A DNA stretch of 64,000 nucleotides from Raillietiella orientalis (lineage: Eukaryota): assembly GCA_036172245.1 (NCBI GenBank), contig JAYWIR010000008.1, positions 2,480,001-2,544,000 on the forward strand, read 5' to 3'. Each line of letters opens with the position of its first letter. Position 1 is the first letter of the stretch. The notes beneath the pieces are model-generated. The model saw only the letters and a program-made list of their open reading frames with translations. It was not told where the DNA came from and made no database searches. Positions 49,230 through 60,080 of this stretch are shown piece by piece. Made by a program: the position numbers and the translations under genes.

Positions 49230-49745
49230 CACCATGGAGCTGATTGAAACCTCCCTCGGAGAATTGAGTCTCCAGAGCGTCAGAAGCGCGCTGCTCACGT
49301 CGGGAGCACCCTCCGTAGAATTTGGGAAGCGTACCTCCGAGATTTCTCTTCAGGGAAGTAAGGAAGGAGCGGATCCTTTCCGGGTTCCCTCCAGAGAAGA
49401 AATGAAGAGAGGGCCCCACAAACCGGGGAGTCCTTCCGGAGAGAACAAGGAAGAGGTGGTTCCCTTCAGAGATCCCCCCCAAACGAAAGAGGAATGAACT
49501 TTTTCCTTTGCAGTCCTTCCTAGATTCATATAGTGGTTGTCCCCCTGGAGTTACCCCTGTAACTTGGAGAGTCACATGCTCCCTCGGGTGGCGTGGGCAG
49601 AGTCAAAGATCTTCGTGAGCCACCCCTGAAGAGGCGGACGGTTCTCCAGCACCTGGAGAACCAAAAAGAAGAAAACCCGAAATAGAAAACGTCGGAAGGA
49701 AAGCAACGAGAGCAGAAGAATCCCAAAGGACTTCCACCATTCACA
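49230..49745 (+). mobile_element. tRNA-headed repeat family, headless copy 4 in the opposite orientation
   Basis: GGATCCTTTCCGGGTTCCCT..TCCTTCCTAGATTCATA..CCCTCGGGTGGC..AGAAGAATCCCAAAGGAC is the reverse complement of blocks in copies 1-3. Confidence 0.7.
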
Positions 49746-49759
49746 TCGTTTACGGTTCC

Positions 49760-51070
49760 CCTCCTCCACCCCAGCTGACATCAATGGAAGGACCGAGGAT
49801 CTCCTGAGAAAAGCCCTGCGGAGCATAGGGAGGTCCAGAGTCCGACTCAAAGACTTGCGTGCTCCACGTAAGGACGGCGGACTGGGCTTCCCTAGCTGGA
49901 GAGGATGCAGCGTCAGCTCCAACTGAGAAGGCTCGCCCTCGCGGCGAGATTATGGATCACGCCCTGGTGCGCACCAGCACGGCTCCTCACGAAGAGCGCA
50001 ACCGGATGCGAGGGACTCGCATCCCTCCTCGTTGCTCGAGAGAGGTGGCTGAGGCGTTGCGGGCACCAACTCCGCCGGATGGAAAAGAACACCTGGATCT
50101 CCTGCCTCCCCGCGAACTGCTCTGCCTGTCTCCAGGAGTCCCATCTTTGCCTGGGGGAAGATCCACGGCGCGAGCGAGGCGGCGCATGCCTGCCTGCAGT
50201 GAAGCATCAAAACTCGCAAGTCGTGGGAGGAGATCGTCCGCAGCCTGCAGAAGATGTGGTGGACCACGTCTACTCCTTTTGTCCCAGTGCTGCCCCACCT
50301 AAGGGACGCAAGGGACAGCGTAATCCCGGCAAGATGGGAAGTAAGGTGTTGCATAGCAGCAAAAACAAAAATTCTGGGGACGTGGACAACTCGGGGAGTA
50401 AGGGAGGCTGCGACCCCAGTGTCCCACTCCACGGACTTTTACGCTGGGGAGAGCTTCTCAGCATCCCTCCAGAGGAGGTAAAGCTGTCCCCAGCGTGCCG
50501 AAATACAGTGCAACTCTCCCTATTGAGCGGCAGGAATCGGCGCAGCTGGTGTTGCATTGAGGAATTCCATGCAAAGCGCGCCTTCACCACTGGACACGAG
50601 GGGGGAGGGCGTAGACGCTGAGCGAGAAAAGTGCAGGAAGAATAAGACCCTCCTGCACCTTCTGCTATCCTCCGACACATTTGGGATCTCCTTGAGATCC
50701 CAGGATCCCCGGTATGCGCCCCCAGGGACATCTTCAAGGGCCTCTTCGCGCATGCCACACTGCCGTCACCAGCTGCCTCCCTCTCAGTCCTCTGCTCCCT
50801 CCTCGGAATCATGGCAGTCTGGAACGCCAGAAGAGTTCGAAATGGCAGGGGCGCCATCCACTGGTCGCGGATCTTCGTGAAGACTGCTTCGGGATGGCCC
50901 CATCTGGGCAAGACACGGGCAGAACTTGCCAGCATCCTAGACAGGATGCAGAGGACACCTGGAAGCGTACCACGATCCCTTCCTCTCCCCTGATTACCTC
51001 CTCCCTTTGTAAAATTTCCCCTCCCCTATTTTGTTTGTCTATTTTTTGCTTTTTCTTTCCCCTCCCTCAC
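49760..51070 (+). mobile_element. L1/Tx1-type LINE ORF2 C-terminal fragment and 3' end
   Basis: EDLLRKALRSIGRSRVRLKDLRAPRKDGGLGFP (post-RT thumb, homologous to RVRLKLLCRPRDHWGTG in the 18 kb element) and AVWNARR near the end. Confidence 0.7.
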
Positions 51071-51284
51071 GCTGCCGAAGCGGACCTCGCCGGTGTGCTC
51101 ATTGCTCTTCGGCAGGTTCATCGCAAGTGGTTTTCCACCCGGGTTTCATTTACAATTTTTTGTAGTTGGACCGTTGGTCCAACCATGTCCTATCTGTAGA
51201 TACCCTGCTCTGTTACCGGTTCGCAGACCGGTGAGGACCACCACCACAGCAGAAGGGAGAACCAAACAAAAAGAAAAATACATA

Positions 51285-52600
51285 AAACAAAAATAAAGTA
51301 ATTTAGGGGTTACGGGAAGGGATCATTGCCTGCTGGAGGCGGTCCTCTGCATCCTTTGAAGGATCTCGGCAAGGTCTTGCTTAGTGGCGTTGTGCAGTTG
51401 GAGCCATCTGATTGTTATCCGTAAAAAGCGAAGTAGATGGCGTCTCTGTCGTTGACTTCTCTCCATGCCGCTACACAAAGGCAGCAAGGTGTTTCAAGGG
51501 CTGCGGCTGGCTGCAGGGCGTCTCGCACAAAGAGGAGTCTTACAACGTCTCTGGCGTTGCTGCCGGGAGTTCCAAGGGTCGCGGCAAAACGTCCCCAAAG
51601 GGACCGGAGGGCAACACAGTCTACTAGGAGGTGCGGTAGGAATTCCCGCTCCCCGCACCTAGGTCAACAGTTTGAGTCCACGCACACCCGTGTCCACAGA
51701 TGCCGGCGGGCGTTGCACGGGAGGCCCTAGTGCAGCAGCATCAACGCCGACTCCTGCGACTTCAAGGGGAGGGGGCGGGTGTTCATGAGCATCGGGGGTC
51801 ACTCCAGGTCTTCTTCCGGAATACCCAATAGCATGCCACAGCTCAAAAGTCCACGAGGTCGAGCACTCGGGTAGCAACGTCAGCGAGCTGGCCCGTAGTC
51901 TACTCACTCAGTCCTTTCCTCCTTCCGGAGATTTCCACAGTAACCTCCGATCTAGCCTCAATGCTGCTGCCCATATATTCCCTAAAGGAGGGCAGGGCAG
52001 AGGTGAGAGAGGTTCTGTTTGCCCACGCACTCTCCACGGGATCATCCAGGATCTCCCGGAGCGTGCAGTTGTTGTTGCGCGTACAGGAAACGTCGCACCT
52101 GTTCCGCGCTTGGTTACGGGATCCTCTTTAAAGGACAGCTCGGTGTTAACATACGATTTAAAGGCCGTTTATCCGATGCCGTGCGATGCCGCATGCAGCG
52201 AGCTGCGTAGCGGATGGCCCAGCGTAACGCTAGTCCGTCGGTGTTTGCTCCTTGTGCAGCACGCCACTTATAAGCCAAGACTCGCTGTATTACGAAAATG
52301 CAGGAAGCCAGATATCTGGACCAGAAAAACGCCTCGGAGAAAATTCTCCGTCGGACTGTCCGCTTCCCGGGTCAGCCGGAAATCCATCGGGGAAGCAAGT
52401 GCACTCTGAGAGGCCAAGCACTCCCAGCTGGCGATCGTCGTGGCGGTTGGCTGGCTGCTTCGGTCCAGCCGACGGAGACACCTCCGAAGCGGTTCCGTCG
52501 CTAGGAGTCCCTGTGTATCGCCATCACGAAAGAGCTGGAATTGAAGACAGCAACAGAGCGCCTGGCATTGAACAGAAACGCTAAGACCAGCATCCCAAGG
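51285..52600 (-). mobile_element. L1/Tx1-type LINE ORF2 C-terminal fragment, tail-to-tail with the previous one
   Basis: RCGEREFLPHLLVDCVALRSLW (zinc-knuckle, ~51660-51595) and the reverse-complement terminal block GGATGCAGAGGACC..GATCCCTTCCC at 51355-51314. Confidence 0.65.
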
Positions 52601-52774
52601 GTCATCAAGCACTCAAGAATCGTTCGCCTAAAGGCTCACAAAGCTCTTTGGAACTGTCCACGCCACCTGAGGGTACGTGTCAACTCCTCAAAGACAGTAC
52701 AGTTCTAGGAGACAGTACGAGGGTACTTGTCAACTCTTTAAGTTACGGAATACCCAGTAAGTGGACGACCTCAT

Positions 52775-52890
52775 GAATCCAGGAAGGGCTCCGGAGGAAG
52801 GAGAGTCCGTTCCTCTTACTCTTGGGAATTCCAGCCCTGGTTGTCTCCGGAGGAACCCTAAAGGGATCCGCTCCTCTTTTCTCCTCCGAT
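52775..52890 (-). repeat. Partial copy 5 of the tRNA-headed repeat family
   Basis: GAATCCAGGAAGGGCTCCGGAG..GTCCGTTCCTCT..CCCTGGTTGTCTCCGGAGGAACCC matches 32024-32110 and 41110-41205. Confidence 0.7.
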
Positions 52891-55655
52891 TTCCACCCGC
52901 GCACGCCAGAGTGTTTATTAGAATTTAAAATGAACTTTCAAACCGTGGTAGGAGACGTGGTCCTACCACACCCCATTGTGGTCCATTGGTCCATGGACCT
53001 TCCGGGTCGCCAATGCGCAGACCAGTTGGGCTCCCCTCGGCAGCGAAAGGGGATGGAAGAAAAGAGTAAATAAAAATAAATAAGAATCTTTAGGAGGGTC
53101 GGGAAGGGACCACTGTCCACTGGGAGGGAGTCTACATCCGATACGCCGGGTCCGCGGATTCAGTTTCCGACCCGCGACAGGCACCAGATGAGTCAGGTCG
53201 CACCATCCAGGAAAAGAAAAAAAAAAGAACACGCAACCAAAGGATGAGTCTCCCTATCGGCCGAACAGCATCCTTCACGGAAGTGGCTCGCGCGTCACGG
53301 ACGCAGGGTGAGCATCGCGTTCCCGGAGAAGCGAACACGAAACACCTGGGAGGAAAGCGACGAAAAATCCGGTCGCAGCTGCATCCCGTGTCAAGAAGAG
53401 CAAGGTCTTCCGGGCAGGAAGGGAAGTGTCGGAAGAGGCGATCTCTTGGAAATGTTTGCGAATGATAAAAACGTCACGGGAAACGTGCAGCCCGTTTGGA
53501 AATGAAGTCGTGTCAACAGCTGGAAAGAGCCGGTGAGTTTCGTGGGGTGATACCTCCCAGGATTAGTGCGCACCAAGATGTGCTCACACCGCTTTCAGAG
53601 GTACTGATGATGGGCTCCTCATTCAATTTTGCTGCTTTCCGCGTTCTTCCAGTTCTTCCTTTTTTTTTTCTTTTTCTTCCTTCGATTGTTTTGTTCGCTC
53701 AGTGACTCATCGACCGTTGCTTCACCCCACGGAGACATCGGAGAGGCTCGAAGACGCCTCCCTCCTCCCCTTCTCCCTTGCAGCTGGGTTGAGCGTAAGA
53801 CAAATAGTGGGGCTTCCCGAAGGGTCCACTTTCAAATCCCCCCGCTACTAGCCAACGGGGCAGCCGACCGCTTTCCCGGATGCACTCCCGAAGCCCGAGC
53901 CATCCCAGCGTCATCTTTCGGGAGGACTCAGAACCCGCAACGCATGCAGCTCAACGTCGATCTTTATGGAGCTGATTCTGAACAGCCCCGCTAGGCGTCG
54001 CGCACGGATGCCGTGGCTACACGGTCTCCTATGCGATATTAGCGCTCGCAATGCAAGGAGCTCTATCCCGGCTCATTCTAGGGACGTCCCCACAAACACT
54101 GAAAGCCAAACTCGCTTGCCAGGAGATTGCATCTCAGTCAAGCGAGCCCTGTTGCTATCGGATCTGAATTCTTCCTCGGTCCACCTTTGCGCAAGCAGAC
54201 CTCTTCCAGTGCGTCATGATGCACCATGTTCCAGGCTTGGGGGATCAGGAATCGCTCCACGGAACGCGAAGGGTAACTCAGTCGCGTAAGGGGACGGCCG
54301 GGAAGAGAATTCTTGGGCGAAGCCTGCGCCGATGTCGCAGCGGACCGGCACGCGGAGGGTCCCGGAAAGCTCCCTGCAGGCTTCATTGCGGGCGACGGGG
54401 ACTCGTCGAGGAATGGGGCATCTCTCCCGGCTTCTCCCCTCCCTTCCCTGCTTGTGGGCAGCGGACCCGTTCCACGGAACGCAGGGTGGTTTGAAGGATG
54501 GCCTGCGGCGCATGTGTACGACCCACGCCGCCGGTAGAGGCAGAGGGGCAGACTGAGCGAGCGTTCTCCGATGCCCAGGAGCCGGGCCGCCGAGGAGTCC
54601 CGGCGAACGCAACGCTGCCACATCTGGTGGAGGGAAGGACCACTGCCGAAGACGGGGCGCGTCCGCCTTCGTCAGGGTCGATCCTTCCCACTTTCCGAGC
54701 CCAGTCGCGGGTCTCTCGTGTTGGACGCGACCACCCTTCTCCCCGTCGGACGAGCCAAAGGGTGGCCAACAACTGGAGGGATGATCGAGTGAGTGTACGT
54801 CCGCCTTACCGACTCCCTTTTTTTCCCTCTCTCTCCGGCACGCCTTTCTTGCGGAGCCCAGCGCGCGGGTCTCACTCGTGTTGACATCCCGGCAGGGAGT
54901 TCGTCGATTCTCCCTGCGATTCGGGTCACCTCCGGGCAGAGCAGGCTCGAAAACCTCTTTGGAGCCGAGTGGACAGGGAAATGGTACGAAGACGACGAGA
55001 GGATGAGTACGTCTGCCGGAAGTGTCCACCTGCAGAGGGATTGGAGAAAAGTCCTTGGCGGAGTTCGTCGCCCGCTGGCGCAGACTCCTCTGGGTTGAGC
55101 TACCGGCTGCGGGATCGGGGTCTCCCCTAGCTCATCTGCCCGCTGGCTACCCCTGCCCGTGGGCGCACCTGTGGGTCCACCCTGATGCGTGTGGCCTCGC
55201 CGGAGGGGTTGGTCGGTACTTCGCGATCTCCTGTCGGCCGCACCTCGCATCAGGAAGCGACGACCGGTCCCTGAAGCCGGGACCGATCCGTCCCGGCGCA
55301 TACCCCCAAGGATTGTGTGGCCGCGCTATCTGCCCGCGGCGGATCGCAGGAACAGAGCGCCTCGGTTGCTGCCGACACTTCTATCCCCCAGGAGTTGAGT
55401 GGGGCGTCCCGGCCCCACCGGGACGGGGAGGAGGGGAGCGAGGACCGCTTAGTCGATAGTCCCGAGGTTGCCGCTGTAGCTGCGAGCGGGTGCGCTCGAG
55501 AGGTTCCGTACCTGAAGGAGCTCCCTCAGGGAGCGGGAGTAAAGGGCAGATGAGAGGAGGGAAAGGGAGAGAAACATCTTCCGGGAAGCTTGTTATTCAC
55601 AAGGATTTTATTTCCGGTGCCCCAGGACAGACGGGTAGCGGACCCGCAGCGCCGA

Positions 55656-56504
55656 CTACGTCTTCTTCACGACGGGCCTGGCCTTTCCGTAGGAGGGCTT
55701 TGACTTGCGCACCTTCTTGGGTCTTCCGGGCTTCCGGGGTGTCGAAGGCGGCTTGGCCCGGCCCTTGGGCGCCTTCGGCTTGGCAGCCTTTCTCGCCGGC
55801 TTCCTCCTCCTGCTCTCCACGCCGTCTTCCTCGTCGCCAGCTTCTGAGGACTTGGCCGCCGCCGCTGCGGGCTTGGGCTTCCTCTCTTCCACCTTCTTGT
55901 CAGCGGCAGCCTGCTTGGGCGACTCTGCGCGCTTCTCAGAGGGGGAGGCCTGCTTGGGCGACTCTGCGCGCTTCTCAGAGGGGGAGGCCTGCTTGGGCGA
56001 CTCTGCGCGCTTCTCAGAGGGGGAGGCCTGCTTGGGCGACTCTGCGTGCTTCTCAGAGGGGGAGGCCTGCTTGGGCGACTCTGCGCGCTTCGCAGCGTCG
56101 TCCTTCTCCGCTTTCTTGAGCGCCTCAGCATCGCTGCCCTTCTTGGCGGCGGCGGCGGGCGCCGCAGGTGCGTCCTTGGAGGGTTTATCCCTCTTCCTGC
56201 GCTCGAGAGGATGGATTGCGGCCCGCGCCTCCACGGTTTCGTTCAGGACCTGCGGCGGAAGCGCCCTTCACGTTCGGACCGGGGCGCGCAGGGGTGGCCG
56301 GGACTTACCTCCACTCCGGAGATGGCGACGGGGTTCGCGACGGCGGCGGCGACGCAGCAAAGGGCTGGAAGGAGAGGAGAGCCGCTCGGTCCGTGGTCCG
56401 CCCTCACTCCTTCCCCTCCCCCCCTCCTCCCCCATCCCGCCGGCCCACTCACCGATGGCGAGCACGGCCAGCATGGCCGCCACGGGCAGGGGACAACGGC
56501 ACAT
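55656..56504 (-). CDS. Secreted, Lys/Ala/Pro/Ser-rich basic repeat protein (~233 aa); exons 56504-56453, 56364-56309, 56249-55656
   Basis: Spliced N-terminus MCRCPLPVAAMLAVLAIALCCVAAAVA (signal peptide), then NPVAISGVEVLNETVEARAAIHPLERRKR. Strong donors GTGAGT and GTAAGT with compatible phases; upstream TATATAA; AATAAA at 55612-55607. Confidence 0.8.
55909..56091. repeat. Coding minisatellite, 39-bp unit x about 4.7 (AESPKQASPSEKR)
   Basis: Units start at 55909, 55948, 55987, 56026 and 56065; nearly identical. Confidence 0.95.
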
Positions 56505-56594
56505 CTCTGGCGACGACACTCTAGGGTGCGGGGGGCTTCGGCTGGACACTGGAGTGGCGACTCCTTTGCTCCGGGGACCTGCAGGGGAAGGTCT

Positions 56595-56628
56595 CGACTG
56601 CTCCGCGTGGGCCGCGGAGGGTTATATA
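56595..56628 (-). promoter_or_regulatory. TATA box plus Inr-like core promoter of the secreted basic protein gene
   Basis: Minus-strand TATATAA at 56628-56622 stands out in GC-rich context; an Inr-like GCAGTC has its A at 56599, 29 nt downstream. Confidence 0.65.
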
Positions 56629-57439
56629 CCGCACGACGTCGCCAGGTCACTGACCTGCCTCGACTCGCGCTTGAGGCTGCGCCTCCCGCGCGTGACCTCG
56701 AGCGTCGTTGTGCCCACCCGCTGCAGTCCGACAGCCCAGCTGCCCCTTCCCCTGAGCCCCAGGGACGCCGTCGACCGGCCGCCGAGCCCAGACACCCCCT
56801 ACCCAAATAACCCCCGGGGATGAGGAAGGGAACATCCTCCAGGTCCCCGACGGAACCCCCCGGTGAAACAGCTCGAATCGACCACTCCCCTCCCTCTCTA
56901 CTTCCGATCCTTTGCCAGTCTCGTTCGGCGCACGCGAGAGAGCGCCGGTCTCTCTGGTCCAGCGTCGGGAGGCTACCCGGCTGCCGCCGCCGCTGCTGTT
57001 GTTCCTCCCCCTCCGCCTCGGGGTGCGCTCGTGCCGGCGTCGCCGCCGCGACGGCAGAGGTCGCAACCTCCGCGCGAGCTACAGGGTTGCCGACCCCGAG
57101 GAGACCCTCCCTTTGTTTGCGCACGCACGCCCCCTGCTGTTCCCCATCTCTCCCGCCTCTGGCAGTCGCGAGAGCGAGGAAGAAGCTACGGTCGGCAACG
57201 GGGAGGAGCCCCTCGTCCCCTACCCTTCGGGCGCGGTGGCGCCGGAGTGGAGAAAGATCCATGCCACCCTCCCTCCCTTCCTGCCCTGCAAGGAACTCTT
57301 CCGCCCTTCCCCCCTCCCCCTTGGAGCGGGCCTGCTCTGGAAAGGAACGAAAACGAGGTGGGATGAAGGGTGGGGACTGCGCGTGCGCGCACTCCTTCTT
57401 TATGAGGGTTTCCTATCACCGCCGTCGGCGGCGCTCGCG

Positions 57440-60080
57440 TCAGCAGCAGTTGCGGATCCTGGTCGAGGAATCGCTGGACTCCCTGCTAGCAATCTGGAAA
57501 GGAAAAAGAGGAGGCGCGTAGGGAAAGAGGGGGAGGAAGGAGAGTGAAAGGGGCTACTCACCCTCGACTGCAGCGACCGGACCTTGTCGTGCTCCTTGCC
57601 CAGGGCCGAGCGGTACTCACACTCCACCTGTCGGAAGGAAGGGGGGAAGAGGGGGCTGGTCAGGAAGCAGGAGGAGGGGGGAGTAGCGCCCTCACCTTTG
57701 TCTTCAGCGTATGGTAGTGCCTCTCCGCCGTGCGGCGGCGCTCGCGCTCTGCCTCCAGCTCCTCCGCCTGCTGTATGCGGACTTGATCCAGCTGCTTCCG
57801 GAGGAAGGAGGCCTCCTCGGGCCCCAGGGCGGTCTCCTTGTAGGCGGCGAACTCTCCACGAATGTGGTCCACCTCGGCGCGCAGGCGCTCGGTCCGATCG
57901 CCCGCCATGTCCCGCTCTGCACGGCAGCGTTCCGCGCAGGCACGGACATTCCGTAGCTCGCAGGCCGTCGCCTCCGTCTCCGCCAGCAGGCGGCAGCACG
58001 TGTCCTTCTCGCGCTTCAGGGCAGCCTCCCTACTGGCCAGGTCGTACTGCAGGCTGGTCAGGTTGGCCTCCACTCGCGTGACCTGGGGGTGATGAGTGGT
58101 AGTGGTGGTGGTAGCGGTGGAAGGTCCGCACCATGGGAGACGCTTGCTCAGTGTCCCTCCCCTCCTCGACTCCCCTCCTTTCTTCCTTTCCCCCCCTCCT
58201 TTCTTCTTCTCATTCCTCACCTGGGACTTCAGGCTGTTGAACTGAGCCATTGCCTGCTGCCGGTCCTCGTCGCAGAAGTCGAGCAGCCTGCGCTGCTCCT
58301 CCAGGCCGCGCTGAGCCCGCGCTGGGAGATCGCGTAGGTCGGTGCGGGCTCTCTCCACCTCGTGGCGCAGCGCCTCGCCATGCCTGGCCGCCCGGTCGAC
58401 CTCCGTCTGCAGCTTGCAGCACTCCACCTGGTGCAGAGCAGCCTCCGCGCGCAGGGATTCGATCTCCTCCACGTGCAGCAGAGGATCCTCTCTGCCGCCT
58501 CGCGCCGCTTCCTTTTCCAACGCCTTTCCCTTCTCGACCACCACCACCGCGTCGGCCTTCTCGGCCGGGAGACGGCGGGACGTCGCCTCCCTCGGGTGTG
58601 CCCCTGCGGCGCGCTCCTCCTCGTCCGTCGTCTGGGGGCAGGCGGGATGGCCGCGCGTGGATGAGGTGCGAGCACGCGCGCCGAGACCTACCGGCTGCTG
58701 CTGCAGAGACTGCAGCTCCGCCTCCAGAGCGTCTGCGCGCGCCCTTTCCCGGCCGACCTCCTCGTCGGCGCTCCGCCTCAGGCGCTCCATTTCCTCCCGC
58801 GAGGCGGTCTCAGCCTGCTCCCGCGCTCGGGAGGCATCCCGCTTCACCTGCTCGCACTCCCGACGCAGCTCCTCCAACTTCTTCGCGTTCCTCTCCTTGT
58901 CCTGCTCCTGCTGTTTGATGCTCCAGAGCAGCCGCTCCAGGCTGGCGTGCAGGTTCTCCGCCTCCAGCTGCCGTTCCTCCAGCTGCTCCCTCCTCCTGCG
59001 CAGCTGCTTCTCTGCCTCCCGATGCAGCTCTTCCGAGCTTTGCAGCTTGCTCTCCTGCTTGGCGAGCTACGGGAAGCGCCTGGCAGGTGGGAGGGAAAGG
59101 AAGCGCGCCCATCGCCCGCGAGGAGCATTTCAAGCACTCCGAAGCCCCTGGCAACGCTGGATGCACTCTTTCGTCATTCTCCCGGTCCCATTCCCCTCCT
59201 CTCCCCTCCCAAAGGCGAAGACGGCAAGCAGTAGCACTCCTGAAGTCACTATCCCCCCCGGGGCAGCCTGGAGAAACGGAGGCGGGAGGACGCCGAGCTC
59301 CCCCGGCTCGCAAGGCCGACCTCCTCGTCGGCCTCCGCCTCAGGCGCTCCACTTCCTCCCGCGAGGCGGTCCTGGAACCCCCCTCTTTCCTCCTCCGCGG
59401 TTCCCAGGTCCACCGCCACCCCTTTCGCTCCTCTTCTCGCGGGAGCGCTCCTTTAGGCGCCGGGCTCTCCTCACGAGGTCTTCAGATGAGGAGGGAGAGG
59501 GGCGGAAGGGAGAAGAGCGACATCAAGAGGGGGGGAGGAGCTGCAGACCTTCGCTGTCGCCAGGGGACCACAGGCCTACCTTCTTCTTGAGCGTTTCCAG
59601 CTGCTTGTCATAGACGGATCCCTTCGTGGCGGTCGTCTGCCTCACGCTCTGCAGCAGGGAGCGCAGCTTCTCCACTTCCTTCCTCCTCCGGTCCAGGTCG
59701 TTCGTGATGCGGTCGAACTCCCCTTTCTGCCTCTCCATCATCCGGCTGAGCTCGGCTGTCTCCCGGCTGTAGCTCTCCGACACCCCTTTGAACTTCTCCA
59801 GGTCTCCTCTCAGCGCTTCCAGCTGCTCCCCGGAGAGATCCAGCTGGCTCTCAATGTCCTCGATGGGGTCCTTCGAGATGAACTTTCCCGGGGGGAAGGG
59901 GGGCGCCTCGCTTTCGGGCGGTCCCCTCGCTCGGGGGTACTGGTCCTCTGCCTTGGGGGTCAGTGTACCTTCGACCTCGTTCGGGACGGAGCTGTGAGTC
60001 GGGGTGGAGCTCCCCGAGGGCATCGCGTCGTAGTCGGCTGGGGTGGGGTTGGAGGATCGTCGGTCTTGCTTCGGCGGCAT
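57440..60080 (-). CDS. Orphan long coiled-coil protein (~597 aa); exons 60080-59580, 59066-58692, 58631-58221, 58082-57696, 57627-57562, 57493-57440
   Basis: All five introns are phase 0 GT-AG, most with clear polypyrimidine tracts. The joined frame is open and E/R/K/L heptad-rich (DIESQLDLSGEQLEALRGDLEKFK; LEELRRECEQVKRDA; VTRVEANLTSLQYDL). No family recognised; the terminal exon is less certain. Confidence 0.75.

Noticed and set aside
53700..55550. Additional gene in the left part of the GC-rich island
   Set aside because: Many overlapping ORFs, but no consistent splice model or recognisable motif.
55656..56234. Histone H1 or protamine gene
   Set aside because: There is no winged-helix domain, and upstream exons encode a signal peptide and furin site.
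55705..59613. Long plus-strand ORFs (372, 423 aa and others)
   Set aside because: They are antisense shadows of the minus-strand genes in GC-rich, stop-poor sequence.
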